Source: an uncultured bacterium
Lineage (GTDB): Bacteria; Bacteroidota; Bacteroidia; Chitinophagales; UBA10324
Direction of reading: 5' to 3'
NCBI GenBank assembly: GCA_963977675.1
Contig: CAXBPY010000007.1
Location: 297-64,296 of the forward strand
DNA: 64,000 bases
The position numbers were made by a program, and so were the translations under genes. A model generated the notes under the pieces. The model saw only the letters and a list, made by a program, of their open reading frames with translations, was not told the origin of the DNA and made no database searches. The first letter of the stretch is position 1, and each line of letters begins with the position of its first letter. Below are positions 52,373-62,293 of this stretch, in pieces.

Positions 52373-52446
52373 CTATCCTTCGATAAGCTCAGGATGACAT
52401 TGCTGTATTAAAATCTTAATTCTTAATTCATAAATCTTAAATCCAT

Positions 52447-52650
52447 TTATCCGCCTTGGGCAGCCCGAATCACCAGCACGCGGTCGTTTTCACTGAGTTG
52501 TTTTTTGCCCCACTCCTCTCCGGCTATCACTTCGGCATTCACGGCAACTGCAATTCCTCTTTTGTTTTCGAGTGAAAGTTGCTGAAGCAAATCGCGGAGT
52601 GAATTTCCGGTTTGGAGTTCGATGGGTTTGTCGTTAACAGTCAGTTTCAT
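52447..52650 (-). CDS. thiS: Thiamine biosynthesis sulfur carrier protein
   Basis: 67 aa from MKLTVNDKPIEL, ending in ...RAAQGG (C-terminal Gly-Gly). The ORF-track extension to 52719 runs into the riboswitch platform and is rejected. Confidence 0.85.
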   Translation of the reverse strand: MKLTVNDKPIELQTGNSLRDLLQQLSLENKRGIAVAVNAEVIAGEEWGKKQLSENDRVLVIRAAQGG

Positions 52651-52720
52651 TTCCTCAATTTTTTTCTGACAGAATAAGTATGATTTCAGGAAACAGGAAA
52701 ATGCAAAAGGCATCTCCAAC

Positions 52721-52797
52721 TTTTCCCTACGCCGGCATTATCCGAATCAGGTTTCAGGGTATGTTCTCAGTCCTTTGTTTTTTCCGGACACCCCTAA
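52721..52797 (-). promoter_or_regulatory. TPP (THI-box) riboswitch aptamer
   Basis: The minus-strand RNA reads AGGGGUGUCCGG...GGACUGAGAACAUACCCUGAAACCUGAUUCGGAUAAUGCCGGCGUAGGGAAAA. This contains the conserved CUGAGA and ACCUGAU..GGAUAAUGCC.GCG.AGGGA elements, directly upstream of thiS. Confidence 0.9.
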
Positions 52798-52805
52798 AGC
52801 GATTT

Positions 52806-52813
52806 CAAATGTA
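52806..52813 (-). promoter_or_regulatory. Candidate -7 box (TAnnTTTG) of the thi operon promoter
   Basis: The minus strand reads TACATTTG about 10 nt upstream of the riboswitch 5' end. No well-spaced TTTG -33 element was found. Confidence 0.35.
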
Positions 52814-52878
52814 AAAGAAGAAGAACACGAAGTGCATTCAATACAAAATATTTTATGCACTATTATCCTAAAAGGAAT

Positions 52879-54981
52879 TCAAAATATTTTCTTCATTCTC
52901 AATCGCAGCGAATTTCCAATCACCACCACATCGCTGAAAGCCATGCTGAGCGCAGAAAGCGTAGGACTGAGGAAACCGGCACCGGCAACAGGAATTGCAA
53001 GCGCATTATAAAAGAAAGCCCAGAAAAGATTTTGCTTAATGGTAAGCAGTGTGTGCTTGCCCACATGGAAAGCCGCCGGAAGTGATTTCAAATTTCCGGA
53101 GAGCAAAATGATTTGCGCAGAATCCATTGCCATTTGGGTGGAGTTCGCGAGTGAGATGCCAAGGTTGGATTGCGTGAGTGCAGGTGCATCATTGATTCCG
53201 TCGCCCACCATTGCAGTTGGTTGTTGCTTCACACACTGACGAATGAAGTGAAGTTTCTCCGCAGGTTTTTGTTCGCTCATACATTCATCCATTTCAAGTT
53301 CATCAGCAATTTTTTTACAGCGCAGCTGACTGTCACCACTGAGTAAAATGGTTTTGATTCCCCGTGCGCGGAAAAACTGAATTGCTTCCGCTGCACCTTC
53401 ACGAATTTCATCTTCCATTTGAATGAGTGCGAGCAGCGAATTATTCTTCGTAAGCGCGATGTTGAACAAATTATTTTCCTCTTCACTCTCGCTTCGATTC
53501 GAACCGATGAAATAGAAATTCCCTTCTTCATCTCTTCCTGAAACTCCTTCGCCTTTTATTTCCTGCACATCCAAAAATTTCATTGGAGGAAAATTTTTCA
53601 TCTCATTCAAAAGAGAAATGGCAAGCGGGTGCGAAGAAAATTTTTCTAATCCGGTAATGGCTGATTTTATTTCTTCTTCCGTTCCGCTGAAGATTTCAAG
53701 CTTCCCGATTTTGAATTTGCCGGTTGTCAGTGTTCCTGTTTTATCAAAAACAATCTGGCGAATAGATGAAATTGTTTCGAGTGTGTCGCTGCCCTTCAGC
53801 AGAATTCCTTTTCGTGCTGCTTTGCCAAGTCCCACCATTACAGCAGTTGGAGTGGCGAGTCCCATTGCGCACGGACACGCAATCACAAGTACCGCCACAC
53901 TATTCATGAGCGATTGTGTGAGCGAGTGGTGAAGCAAAAAAATATTTATCAGCAATGCAAGAGCAGAAGCGCCCATCACAGCCGGAACAAACCAACCTGT
54001 TATTTGATCAGCAAGTTTTTGCATTCGCGGCTTTTGTGCCTGCGCTGCTTTCACCAATTCAATAATCTGACTGAGCGCAGAATGTTTTCCGGTGGCGGTT
54101 ACTTTAAATTTTACAGCGCCGGAAATGAGTGTGGTTCCTCCGGTTACTGAATCGTTCAATTGCTTCATCACCGGCAAGCTCTCACCTGTAATCATAGATT
54201 CATCAGCTTCACCGCTGCCCCATGCAATAATTCCGTCCGCCGGAATTCGGTCGCCTGAATTCACAAGCAGGTAATTTCCTTTTCGAATGTCGTGCGCATG
54301 AATCTCACTGATGACTTCAAATTTTTCTTCACCAAAAAAACTAACCAGCCTGGCTGTTTGCACCTGCATTTTTAAAAGCGATGCAACAGATGCTCGCGTT
54401 TGTTTCACAGAGCGATGCTCAATTAAATTTCCAAGCAGCACGAGCGTGATTATGGATGAAGAGGTTTCGAAAAAAACATTCATCTCATCGTGAAGAAAAA
54501 ATCCTTTCACTACAGAATAAAAAAATGCCGAACTGCTTCCGAGAAAAATCAGCACATCCATGTTTGGTGAGCCGCTGCGCAAAGAGTGATAAGCACTTCT
54601 TCCGAAATAAAAAACTCCGAGAACATAAACGGGAAGCGCAATTGCAAACTGAAACCAAAGTGAGTGCAGGAATTCAAAATGCACAATCATCATTGCCCAA
54701 AACGGAATGGTGAGCGCGAGCGAGAAGAAAAATTTTGATTCGATACTTCCGGGAAAACCAGTTCCGCCACCATGATCGTGTTCATCTTCGCTGTGAACAT
54801 GATAGCCGAGGTCTTCAATGCCTTCCTTAATCTCCGTCAGCATTTTTTCTCCGCCATGAAACCGAACTTCACCGGAAGAGAAATCAACAAACACATCACT
54901 CATTCCTTTCTTCTGCAAGTAACGAGTCACGGTGCTTGCACAAGTTGCGCAAGTCATTCCATCAACTTTCAGTTCGGTCAT
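52879..54981 (-). CDS. copA: P1B-type heavy-metal (probably Cu+) translocating ATPase
   Basis: Start at MTELKVDGMTCATCA (HMA domain), a His-rich HVHSEDEHDHGG, the TM CPC motif (IACPCAMGLATP), DKTGTLT and GDGINDAP. The ORF-track extension to 55146 is rejected. Confidence 0.9.
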   Translation of the reverse strand: MTELKVDGMTCATCASTVTRYLQKKGMSDVFVDFSSGEVRFHGGEKMLTEIKEGIEDLGYHVHSEDEHDHGGGTGFPGSIESKFFFSLALTIPFWAMMIVHFEFLHSLWFQFAIALPVYVLGVFYFGRSAYHSLRSGSPNMDVLIFLGSSSAFFYSVVKGFFLHDEMNVFFETSSSIITLVLLGNLIEHRSVKQTRASVASLLKMQVQTARLVSFFGEEKFEVISEIHAHDIRKGNYLLVNSGDRIPADGIIAWGSGEADESMITGESLPVMKQLNDSVTGGTTLISGAVKFKVTATGKHSALSQIIELVKAAQAQKPRMQKLADQITGWFVPAVMGASALALLINIFLLHHSLTQSLMNSVAVLVIACPCAMGLATPTAVMVGLGKAARKGILLKGSDTLETISSIRQIVFDKTGTLTTGKFKIGKLEIFSGTEEEIKSAITGLEKFSSHPLAISLLNEMKNFPPMKFLDVQEIKGEGVSGRDEEGNFYFIGSNRSESEEENNLFNIALTKNNSLLALIQMEDEIREGAAEAIQFFRARGIKTILLSGDSQLRCKKIADELEMDECMSEQKPAEKLHFIRQCVKQQPTAMVGDGINDAPALTQSNLGISLANSTQMAMDSAQIILLSGNLKSLPAAFHVGKHTLLTIKQNLFWAFFYNALAIPVAGAGFLSPTLSALSMAFSDVVVIGNSLRLRMKKIF

Positions 54982-55069
54982 TTCAGTTTCCAACTGAGCA
55001 AAACTAATTATCAGGAAGCTTATGCTTATTCCAATTCCTTTTACTTTTAACACACCAAAAAAAATTGAA

Positions 55070-55783
55070 ATGAATAACACGAGGAGAGATTTTATAAAAA
55101 CGACAGCACTGGCTGCCGGAGCTATTTCACTAGGAATAAATAGCAATGCAAAACCTGCAAACTTTAATGAATATCCCTATACACTGCCGCAACTACCATA
55201 CGCTTATAATGCGCTGGAGCCGCACATAGACGAGAAAACAATGATGATTCATCATGATAAACATCATCAGGCTTATGTTGACAAACTAAACGCAGGTCTT
55301 GAAAAATTTCCGGACTACCAGCAGAAAGGATTACAAAATTTATTTTCTCAAATCATCATGTTGCCTGCCGATTTAAAGATGGTAATCCGAAATCATGGAG
55401 GCGGACATTGGAACCATTCTTTTTTTTGGAACCAACTCTCTCCTACTACTTCTCAGCCATCAGAAAAATTGGCTTCCGCTATAAATTCAACATTCGGAAG
55501 TATTGATAAGTTGAAAGAAGAAATGAACAAAACCGCAATGACTATTTTCGGAAGCGGCTGGGTGTGGCTGATTGAAACTGCAATGAAGGAGCTTAAGATT
55601 GTAACAACACCGAATCAATATAATCCATTGATGGGCGACGCTGCTGATAAGGGTGCTCCGTTAATTGCAATTGATGTATGGGAACATGCCTATTACCTGA
55701 AATATCAGAACAAGCGCGCAGATTACCTGGAAGCAATATGGAATGTAATTAATTGGAACAAGGTTTCAGATTCACATTTCTAA
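55070..55783 (+). CDS. sodB: Fe/Mn-family superoxide dismutase with twin-arginine (Tat) signal peptide
   Basis: MNNTRRDFIKTTALAAGAISLGINSNA (T-R-R-x-F-I-K), then LPYAYNALEPHID, HHDKHHQAYV and DVWEHAYYL. Confidence 0.85.
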   Translation: MNNTRRDFIKTTALAAGAISLGINSNAKPANFNEYPYTLPQLPYAYNALEPHIDEKTMMIHHDKHHQAYVDKLNAGLEKFPDYQQKGLQNLFSQIIMLPADLKMVIRNHGGGHWNHSFFWNQLSPTTSQPSEKLASAINSTFGSIDKLKEEMNKTAMTIFGSGWVWLIETAMKELKIVTTPNQYNPLMGDAADKGAPLIAIDVWEHAYYLKYQNKRADYLEAIWNVINWNKVSDSHF

Positions 55784-55803
55784 TCTTTATAAATATAAAA
55801 TTG

Positions 55804-55840
55804 AAAAGCCACTCTGAAATTTCAGAATGGCTTTTCTTTT
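55804..55840. terminator. Bidirectional terminator hairpin between convergent sod and a T9SS cargo gene
   Basis: aaaagccactctgaaa / tttcagaatggctttt form near-perfect inverted repeats (one mismatch) flanked by A/T runs. Confidence 0.75.
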
Positions 55841-55858
55841 TATAAAACAACTAAAAGA

Positions 55859-56764
55859 CTATTTCACAAATTTTTCAGTCAGGAAATTATTACCGTATTT
55901 AACTGTAATGAAGTATGAACCTGATTGCAATTGAGAAGTATTAAAATTGAATTGATTTTCACCTGCATTAACTTTTGATTGGTAAGAAGAAACTGTTTCG
56001 CCTAAAACATTTACCAATTTAATTTCACAATCTGCCGATGCGACAGACATTATCTTAAGCGAAAGATTATTTGCAACTGGATTTGGATAAACCATCAATG
56101 AATTTTCGGGTTTTGGATTTTTGATACCTAAAGTTCCTGCCTGAATAACCTGGATATAAAAATTCTGTGCCTCAGCTCTGTAAACAACATTTCCTGTACT
56201 ATCGAAACCAATGCCATGACAGTATGAACAAAGCGAAATAATGTTTCCGAAAAAATCAGTGCTGAGAAGGTTTACGCAAACATTGTATACTGCATTAGCT
56301 GAATATGTGTGCGATACAAATAAACCAGAATCAGAAGAGCCATCGCCCCAGTTCCAAAGCACACCATAACCTGAAGTTGAGTTCGAATCAATCTGGAGGT
56401 AGAAAGTATTGGTGCCTGCATCATAAGTTGTGGTGTAAGATACATAGCAAGGCATAGTGTCGCAGTAGCTGGTATTCCAAACTGCAGTGTTGCCATTTGC
56501 ATAAAGGGCTGTATCGATTGCGGCGCCGGTACATGAATAGAAATACAAGTAGCAGTGAGTACTCCCAACAATGGTTTGCTGGAAATCTCCGTTTGACGCC
56601 GTTTGAAAACTGAAGTACTGAGCAGAAGATGAATCTTCGAAATAAATTGTAACAGGACCCAGTGCATCAGAAATGTGGCCGCTTAATGTGTAGCCGGATT
56701 GTGCTTTTGACTGGCTGATCACCAGCGTGAAAAAGGAAAGAAGAGTAAAGAGTTTCTGTTTCAT
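55859..56764 (-). CDS. Secreted protein with T9SS type-A sorting domain
   Basis: Signal peptide MKQKLFTLLSFFTLVISQSKAQ, a PKD-like WNWGDGS, and C-terminal VYPNPVANNLSLKI...VNVLGETV...SGSYFITVKYGNNFLTEKFVK. Confidence 0.8.
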   Translation of the reverse strand: MKQKLFTLLSFFTLVISQSKAQSGYTLSGHISDALGPVTIYFEDSSSAQYFSFQTASNGDFQQTIVGSTHCYLYFYSCTGAAIDTALYANGNTAVWNTSYCDTMPCYVSYTTTYDAGTNTFYLQIDSNSTSGYGVLWNWGDGSSDSGLFVSHTYSANAVYNVCVNLLSTDFFGNIISLCSYCHGIGFDSTGNVVYRAEAQNFYIQVIQAGTLGIKNPKPENSLMVYPNPVANNLSLKIMSVASADCEIKLVNVLGETVSSYQSKVNAGENQFNFNTSQLQSGSYFITVKYGNNFLTEKFVK

Positions 56765-56891
56765 GTTTTAGTTAAGTTTTAGTGATTGAATTGTTTTCTT
56801 AACCACTAACACGAAAGTAGGTTTGAGAATGGTTGGGTGGATGAAAAAAAACTTAACTTCTCTAATTGAAAATAAATTTTTCAGAACCTCA

Positions 56892-57644
56892 TCACGGAGT
56901 AATTTCAAACCGAACGAACATGTTTGAACGGAAAGTTATCTTTTGAAATTCAACATCTGTCTTATACGAATAATCTCTTGCACCCCTCATATAAATCCCC
57001 TGCTGATTTGAAATTGTTTGATCTCCACCATACATGTAACCAGTCGAGTATCCGTAATAAGGATCTTCCCGCACAATCAAAGTCTTTCCAGCCCATTTGT
57101 CAAGTGGCTTCAGCATGTAGTTGGCTTGCGGTTTTGCTTTATCTATTGCTTCTACTCTCACTACTTCTTCGATGCTGTCGCGCTTTGAGTAATCGGTTTT
57201 CCAGATATCAGCATCATAAATTTTCAAGTCATAAACAATCTGAAAAACTGTTTGAGTTTCTTCTGCTGTAGAAACTTTAAGAGAGTATTCCTTACTCTGC
57301 ATCACATCTTTTCCGTGCCAGCGAATCTTTACATAACCACTTGCGAGGTCGTGCGTCGAAAGATTCTTCACATCAATTTTATTTTCTTTCAGTGCATCAA
57401 CTAATTCATGTTCTAAAGAATCAATACTGATTTTGGTTTTGCCATCCATTCTTTCATGTAGAGTAATGCTGATGAAAATCTCATCAGGCACTACTTCTCT
57501 TTCTGCTGAAGTAGAAACATCAATTTATGGAACCTTATTGATATCGAATTCTCCGGTAGTTTGTGCCTCGGTATTAGGTGCAATCATCAAAAAAGTGAAG
57601 GTAAAAAAGAAAATAGCTTCTGCGATTTTTATGATTCTTTTCAT
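56892..57644 (-). pseudogene. SIMPL (DUF541)-like periplasmic protein gene interrupted by an in-frame TAA
   Basis: ORF 57525-57761 (signal peptide MKRIIKIAEAIFFFTFTFLMIAPNTEAQ from the ATG at 57644) and ORF 56892-57491 are in the same frame. One TAA (57525-57527) separates them. The joined length (~250 codons) and the EREVVPDEIFISITL...ITFRSNMFVRFEI pattern fit SIMPL proteins. Confidence 0.6.
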
Positions 57645-57816
57645 TTGGTGTAAATTTTTTTTAAAGTGATAAGATCTGAAACGAAAATAAAAGATGAAAT
57701 TGTCGAAGCCATAAAAATGTTTATAATAAAATATTTCAGAATTTCTGAAACCTAAAATCAATTGTGATGTAAAGAAGGCAAAACACAGCTCAACCAGAAA
57801 ACTTGAAAAGAGTTTT

Positions 57817-57896
57817 ACCGCCTTCCGAAACGCTCATTTAGGGTTTGGTGTTTTACCTTAACAGAGAACTTGAAGGCGGTTTTTTTATTTTTTGTC
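57817..57896 (+). terminator. Orphan intrinsic-terminator-like structure (long-loop hairpin plus T-run) upstream of mltG
   Basis: accgccttc (57817-57825) pairs with gaaggcggt (57872-57880), followed by TTTTTTTATTTTTTG. No plus-strand ORF precedes it. Confidence 0.45.
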
Positions 57897-57970
57897 TTTA
57901 CTGTTATTCTTCGAACATATTCACCAATGAACGAATGAACTTATTTCATTTTTGATTTCTTTGTGCATTC

Positions 57971-59026
57971 ATGACGAAGAAAAAAATCAGCCGGTTCAGG
58001 AAGGTTTTAATTGCGTTGATATCAGTTGTAATTATTTCAGCGATTGGCGTCGGGTATTCTTTTTATCAAAAAATTTATTCGCCTAATATTTCAGCTAATC
58101 TGGATAAACAATTTCTTTTCGTTCCGACCGGTTGTAATTATCAGCAGCTGATCAATATTATTTCACAAAAGAAAATTATTGTTCACAGTGAATCGTTTCT
58201 TTGGGTAGCGGAACGAATGTCGCTTTCGGAGAACATCCATCCCGGAAAATATGAATTGCAAAAAGGAATGAGCAACTATGACCTCGTTCACCTGCTGAGA
58301 AGCGGAAAACAAACTCCCGTGAAACTTGTGCTTAATAAATTCAGAACAAAAAATGATTTTGCTTCCTTCGTAAGTTCGAAACTGGAGATAGATAGTTCGG
58401 TATTGCTTTCCTGCCTGAATGAGGAATCATTTTTATCACAATTCGGATTTAATAAAGAAGAAGTTATTTGTTTGTTTGTTCCGAATACTTATGAATTTTA
58501 CTGGAACACCAATGCAGATAAGTTTTTTATTCGTATGAAAAAAGAATATGATTTATTCTGGAATGAAAAGAGAAAGCAAGAAGCTCAGAATCAAAAACTG
58601 ACACCAACCGAAGTTGAAATTCTTGCAAGCATAATTGAAGAGGAAACAAATCAGAACGATGAAAAGCAAACCATTGCATCAGTCTATCTGAACCGATTAA
58701 AAAAAGGAATGCTGCTGCAGGCAGATCCTACTGTCAAGTTTGCTTTAAATGATTTTACGATCCGAAGAATAAGGGAAACACACATTGAACAATCAAAAGA
58801 TTCTCCTTACAACACTTATCGAAAAACCGGATTGCCTCCGGGGCCTATATGCACGCCTTCCTCAACAAGTATTGATGCTGTTTTGCAACCGGCTGAAACA
58901 GACTACCTCTATTTCTGCGCTAGTTCAACCAAACCAGGATACCATGTATTTGCTTCGACATTAAATGCTCATCAGGCCAACGCAAAACTTTATCAGCAGT
59001 GGCTGAATAAGAGAGGGATAAATTAG
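57971..59026 (+). CDS. mltG: Endolytic murein transglycosylase (YceG family)
   Basis: N-terminal TM anchor, then ASIIEEET, LQADPTV and YNTYRKTGLPPGPICTP motifs typical of YceG/MltG. Confidence 0.9.
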   Translation: MTKKKISRFRKVLIALISVVIISAIGVGYSFYQKIYSPNISANLDKQFLFVPTGCNYQQLINIISQKKIIVHSESFLWVAERMSLSENIHPGKYELQKGMSNYDLVHLLRSGKQTPVKLVLNKFRTKNDFASFVSSKLEIDSSVLLSCLNEESFLSQFGFNKEEVICLFVPNTYEFYWNTNADKFFIRMKKEYDLFWNEKRKQEAQNQKLTPTEVEILASIIEEETNQNDEKQTIASVYLNRLKKGMLLQADPTVKFALNDFTIRRIRETHIEQSKDSPYNTYRKTGLPPGPICTPSSTSIDAVLQPAETDYLYFCASSTKPGYHVFASTLNAHQANAKLYQQWLNKRGIN

Positions 59027-59064
59027 AATTATGAATTTTGATTTTTTGAATTATGATTTAAGTT

Positions 59065-60375
59065 CTAAATCATTTCACCGAAGAGATCAAACTCTTCAGC
59101 ATCTGTAATTTTTATATCTGTAAAATCTCCAACGCGCAGGTAAGTGTCAGTTGCATTAATCAACACTTCATTATCTATCTCCGGAGAATCAGATTCTGTT
59201 CTTCCGACAAAGTAGTCGCCTTCCTTTCGGTCAATCAGCACACGATAGGTATTGCCAACCTTGTTTTCATTTTTCCTTCTTGAGATTTCCTGTTGAACAT
59301 CCATGAGTTGCTGCGCGCGTTTCTTTTTTGTGACAGCACTCACATCATCCTTCAGTTCAAATCCTGTAGTTCCTTCTTCGTGCGAGTAAGTGAACACTCC
59401 GAGACGGTCGAATTCAATCTCTTTCACAAAATCTACGAGTTCATCAAAGTGTTCCTTTTTCTCTCCGGGAAATCCAACCAACATGGTGGTGCGCAAGGCA
59501 ATACCCGGAACTTCAGCGCGTATAGTTTTTATGAGCTGTGTGATTTCATTTTTGTCCGTCTGCCGCTTCATCGCTTTCAATATCGGATCGCTGATATGCT
59601 GAAAAGGAATGTCGAGATACTTGCAGATATTTTTTCGGTCACGGATCACTTCAAGAATTTCTGTCGGGAATTTATTCGGATACGCATAGTGCAATCGGAT
59701 CCACTCCACTCCTTCTATATCTGAAACACGGAGCAGCAGCTCCTTTAATTTTCTTTCCTTGTATATGTCCAGTCCGTAATAAGTCAGCTCTTGTGCGATG
59801 AGCAAAAATTCTTTTACACCACGCTTCACTAAATTCCTGATCTCTTCTTCAATCATTTCAATCGGTTTGCTCACATGAGCACCGCGCATCAGCGGAATAG
59901 CACAGAATGAACAAGTGCGGTTGCAACCCTCGGAGATTTTTACATAAGCATAATGTGCAGGAGTGGTGAGCAATCTTTCACCTACGAGTTCGTGCTTGTA
60001 ATCTGCCTTCAGTGTTTTGAGCAATCGGGGAAGTTCTGAAGTGCCGAACCAATTGTCCACTTCCTTCATTTCCTCTTTCAACTCATCACGATAGCGCTGG
60101 CTCAAACATCCTGTCACGATCAGCTTATCAATTTTTCCTTCGCGCTTGTGCTCACTGAATTCAAGAATGGTGTTGATGCTTTCCTGCTTTGCAGTGTCAA
60201 TGAATCCGCAAGTATTGATGATAACAACCGGGCTGTCATCGTTGTCGTTGTCGTGCGCAACTTCATAGTTGTTCGCGCGCAGCTGACCCATCATAATTTC
60301 AGAGTCAACAGTGTTTTTACTGCACCCGAGTGTAACTACATGAACGCGGGGCTTGCGAAGAGTTTTTGTGCGCAT
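59065..60375 (-). CDS. rimO: Ribosomal protein S12 methylthiotransferase
   Basis: Start at MRTKTLRKPRVHVVTLGCSKNTVDSE. Radical SAM CNRTCSFCAIP and a C-terminal TRAM domain. Confidence 0.9.
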   Translation of the reverse strand: MRTKTLRKPRVHVVTLGCSKNTVDSEIMMGQLRANNYEVAHDNDNDDSPVVIINTCGFIDTAKQESINTILEFSEHKREGKIDKLIVTGCLSQRYRDELKEEMKEVDNWFGTSELPRLLKTLKADYKHELVGERLLTTPAHYAYVKISEGCNRTCSFCAIPLMRGAHVSKPIEMIEEEIRNLVKRGVKEFLLIAQELTYYGLDIYKERKLKELLLRVSDIEGVEWIRLHYAYPNKFPTEILEVIRDRKNICKYLDIPFQHISDPILKAMKRQTDKNEITQLIKTIRAEVPGIALRTTMLVGFPGEKKEHFDELVDFVKEIEFDRLGVFTYSHEEGTTGFELKDDVSAVTKKKRAQQLMDVQQEISRRKNENKVGNTYRVLIDRKEGDYFVGRTESDSPEIDNEVLINATDTYLRVGDFTDIKITDAEEFDLFGEMI

Positions 60376-60540
60376 TGAATTAAGGCGCGCAAATAAATGA
60401 TACAATCAGTTCAATGCATCAAGTGACAGATTGATTTGTAATCAGGATAATTTGAAAAGTGGAGTGAGCCTGATTAGTATGGCTGAACTTATTTCGAGGT
60501 ACTGCCGAATTCAAAAACTAATAGAAAAGGAAATAATCCC

Positions 60541-61623
60541 TTACCTGATGCCATTGAAAATTCTGCTCCAGCGGATTTTGCTGAACCAGCTTCCATCAGT
60601 ATTCCAGCTCATCCAGATAAACCATGCCTTACCTACAATATGATCTTCGGGAACAAATCCCCAGAAGCGTGAGTCGAGGCTATTGTGACGGTTATCACCC
60701 ATCATCCAGTAATAATCCATTGCTGGAGTATAAGTAGTTGATTCTTTTCCGTCAATAAAAATTTTATCTCCGCGCAATTCCAGTTTATGGTGCTCGTAAA
60801 TATTAATCAGCCGTGCATAAAGCGCAATATTATTTATAGTCAGATTAACTGTAACACCTGCTTTCGGAATTACAATCGGCCCGTAGTTATCGATATTCCA
60901 GGGAAAGTTTTTCGGGTCGGTTGGAAAAAGAGTTTCAGGAGTTGGGTTTGCATCAAGATAAAATCGCTGAACACTTTTTACATTCGATAACTTCCGAAGT
61001 GTGTCAGCTGCCATTGTAGTCATCATCAATCTATATACACCTGTGTTGACTGATACCTGAGTTACTTCCAGCTTATTCAGGAGATCAGAGCTGATTAAAG
61101 TACCGTCAGTATAAACCGCATATTCTTCCTGTGCAGCAGGAGCTTCCCAGTTTTTCTTTCCGTTTACATAAACATCTCCATTGGTTATCTTAAGCGTGTC
61201 GCCGGGAATTGCAATGCATCGTTTTATATAATTCTCACGCTTGTCAACCGGACGAAAATCTTCCATTGGATAGTTAAAGACTACAACATCATTGTTCTTA
61301 ATGTGTGTAAAACCGGGAATGCGATGATAACCAAGTTCAATCCACTCTAGGTATGATTTACCTCCAATCAATGGCATGGTGTTGTGTGCAAACGGGAAAC
61401 TAAGAAGCGTCATGGGTGTTCTGGCGCCATAATGCATTTTACTTACAAAAAGAAAATCACCAACCAATAATGATTTCTCCATAGATGGTGTAGGAATGGT
61501 GTATGCTTCAATAGCAAAAGTGCGGATAAGTGTTGCAGCTATTACAGCAAATACAAGTGCCTCAATCCACTCGCGCGTTTTTGATTTGCGGGTAGCACTT
61601 TTTCTCCAGAATTTCCAATTCAT
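60541..61623 (-). CDS. lepB: Signal peptidase I
   Basis: TM anchor, [20 protein letters not shown] (Ser box), [11 protein letters not shown] (Lys box) and [25 protein letters not shown]. Confidence 0.92.
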   Translation of the reverse strand: MNWKFWRKSATRKSKTREWIEALVFAVIAATLIRTFAIEAYTIPTPSMEKSLLVGDFLFVSKMHYGARTPMTLLSFPFAHNTMPLIGGKSYLEWIELGYHRIPGFTHIKNNDVVVFNYPMEDFRPVDKRENYIKRCIAIPGDTLKITNGDVYVNGKKNWEAPAAQEEYAVYTDGTLISSDLLNKLEVTQVSVNTGVYRLMMTTMAADTLRKLSNVKSVQRFYLDANPTPETLFPTDPKNFPWNIDNYGPIVIPKAGVTVNLTINNIALYARLINIYEHHKLELRGDKIFIDGKESTTYTPAMDYYWMMGDNRHNSLDSRFWGFVPEDHIVGKAWFIWMSWNTDGSWFSKIRWSRIFNGIR

Positions 61624-61918
61624 GCTTTAGGATGTGGGATTTAAATATTTTCTAAAAAAGAAGTATGTATAATGACCAAAAGAAAAAAATATTGCATGGC
61701 GCCAAAAGTATTTTTTCAGCCCCACTCCTTTCAATTACTTTCTAACAAAATTTTGTTTGTTGGAGCATAATGCCACATTTTCAATCCTTTTGCTTTTATT
61801 TTTTTTCAGTTTATAAAAGATGAAATAAATTATTTCATCGTGATAATATAAGCGCTTAACGAAGATTTCGCACCACGCTGCGGCAGGCCAATACTTTTGG
61901 TTTCACCTAAAAACAATT

Positions 61919-62293
61919 ATGAAGTTCGTGTTCATTTTTTTCTTAACAGTATTTCCGGCATTCAATAGTGCACTGCATGCCCAAGCAATGAGAGGGAAAT
62001 TAACTTGTAATTCTGAGCCTGTTAATTATTCAAAGTCCGGCAATCATTCTCTATTGTTTAAGCATGCTCAGCACGATTTTTCTCCTTGCGGAAAAATTAG
62101 CCTCAGTGAAAATCATTCAAATCCTGCATATAGTTTAATGCTTTATGTGATGCGAATTCAACGAGTGAAGATCAGCACCCGAACTATGAGCTTCTGCTTT
62201 AATTTGGATATAGCTGTCACTACCTGGGGCATTGCCGAGCGAGCAGTTTTTTTTAACCAAAATAAATTTTCTAATCCATGTCTCTTACACTAA
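61919..62293 (+). CDS. Doubtful ORF (hypothetical, signal-peptide-like N-terminus)
   Basis: Only an ORF with a hydrophobic N-terminus. The composition is atypical and no motif is recognised. A 55-codon ORF (62278-62445) overlaps its end in another frame. Confidence 0.25.
   Translation: MKFVFIFFLTVFPAFNSALHAQAMRGKLTCNSEPVNYSKSGNHSLLFKHAQHDFSPCGKISLSENHSNPAYSLMLYVMRIQRVKISTRTMSFCFNLDIAVTTWGIAERAVFFNQNKFSNPCLLH

Noticed and set aside
52651-53085. thiS ORF extension (to 52719) and two plus-strand ORFs (52775-53011, 52855-53085).
   Set aside because: They overlap the TPP riboswitch and its platform, or the 3' end of copA. ThiS is complete at 67 aa with a Gly-Gly end.
53039-55050. Numerous 60-104-aa ORFs overlapping copA on both strands, plus the N-terminal extension of copA to 55146.
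   Set aside because: The copA frame carries all P-type ATPase motifs. The extension upstream of MTELKVDGMTCATC is hydrophobic junk and would overlap the sod gene.
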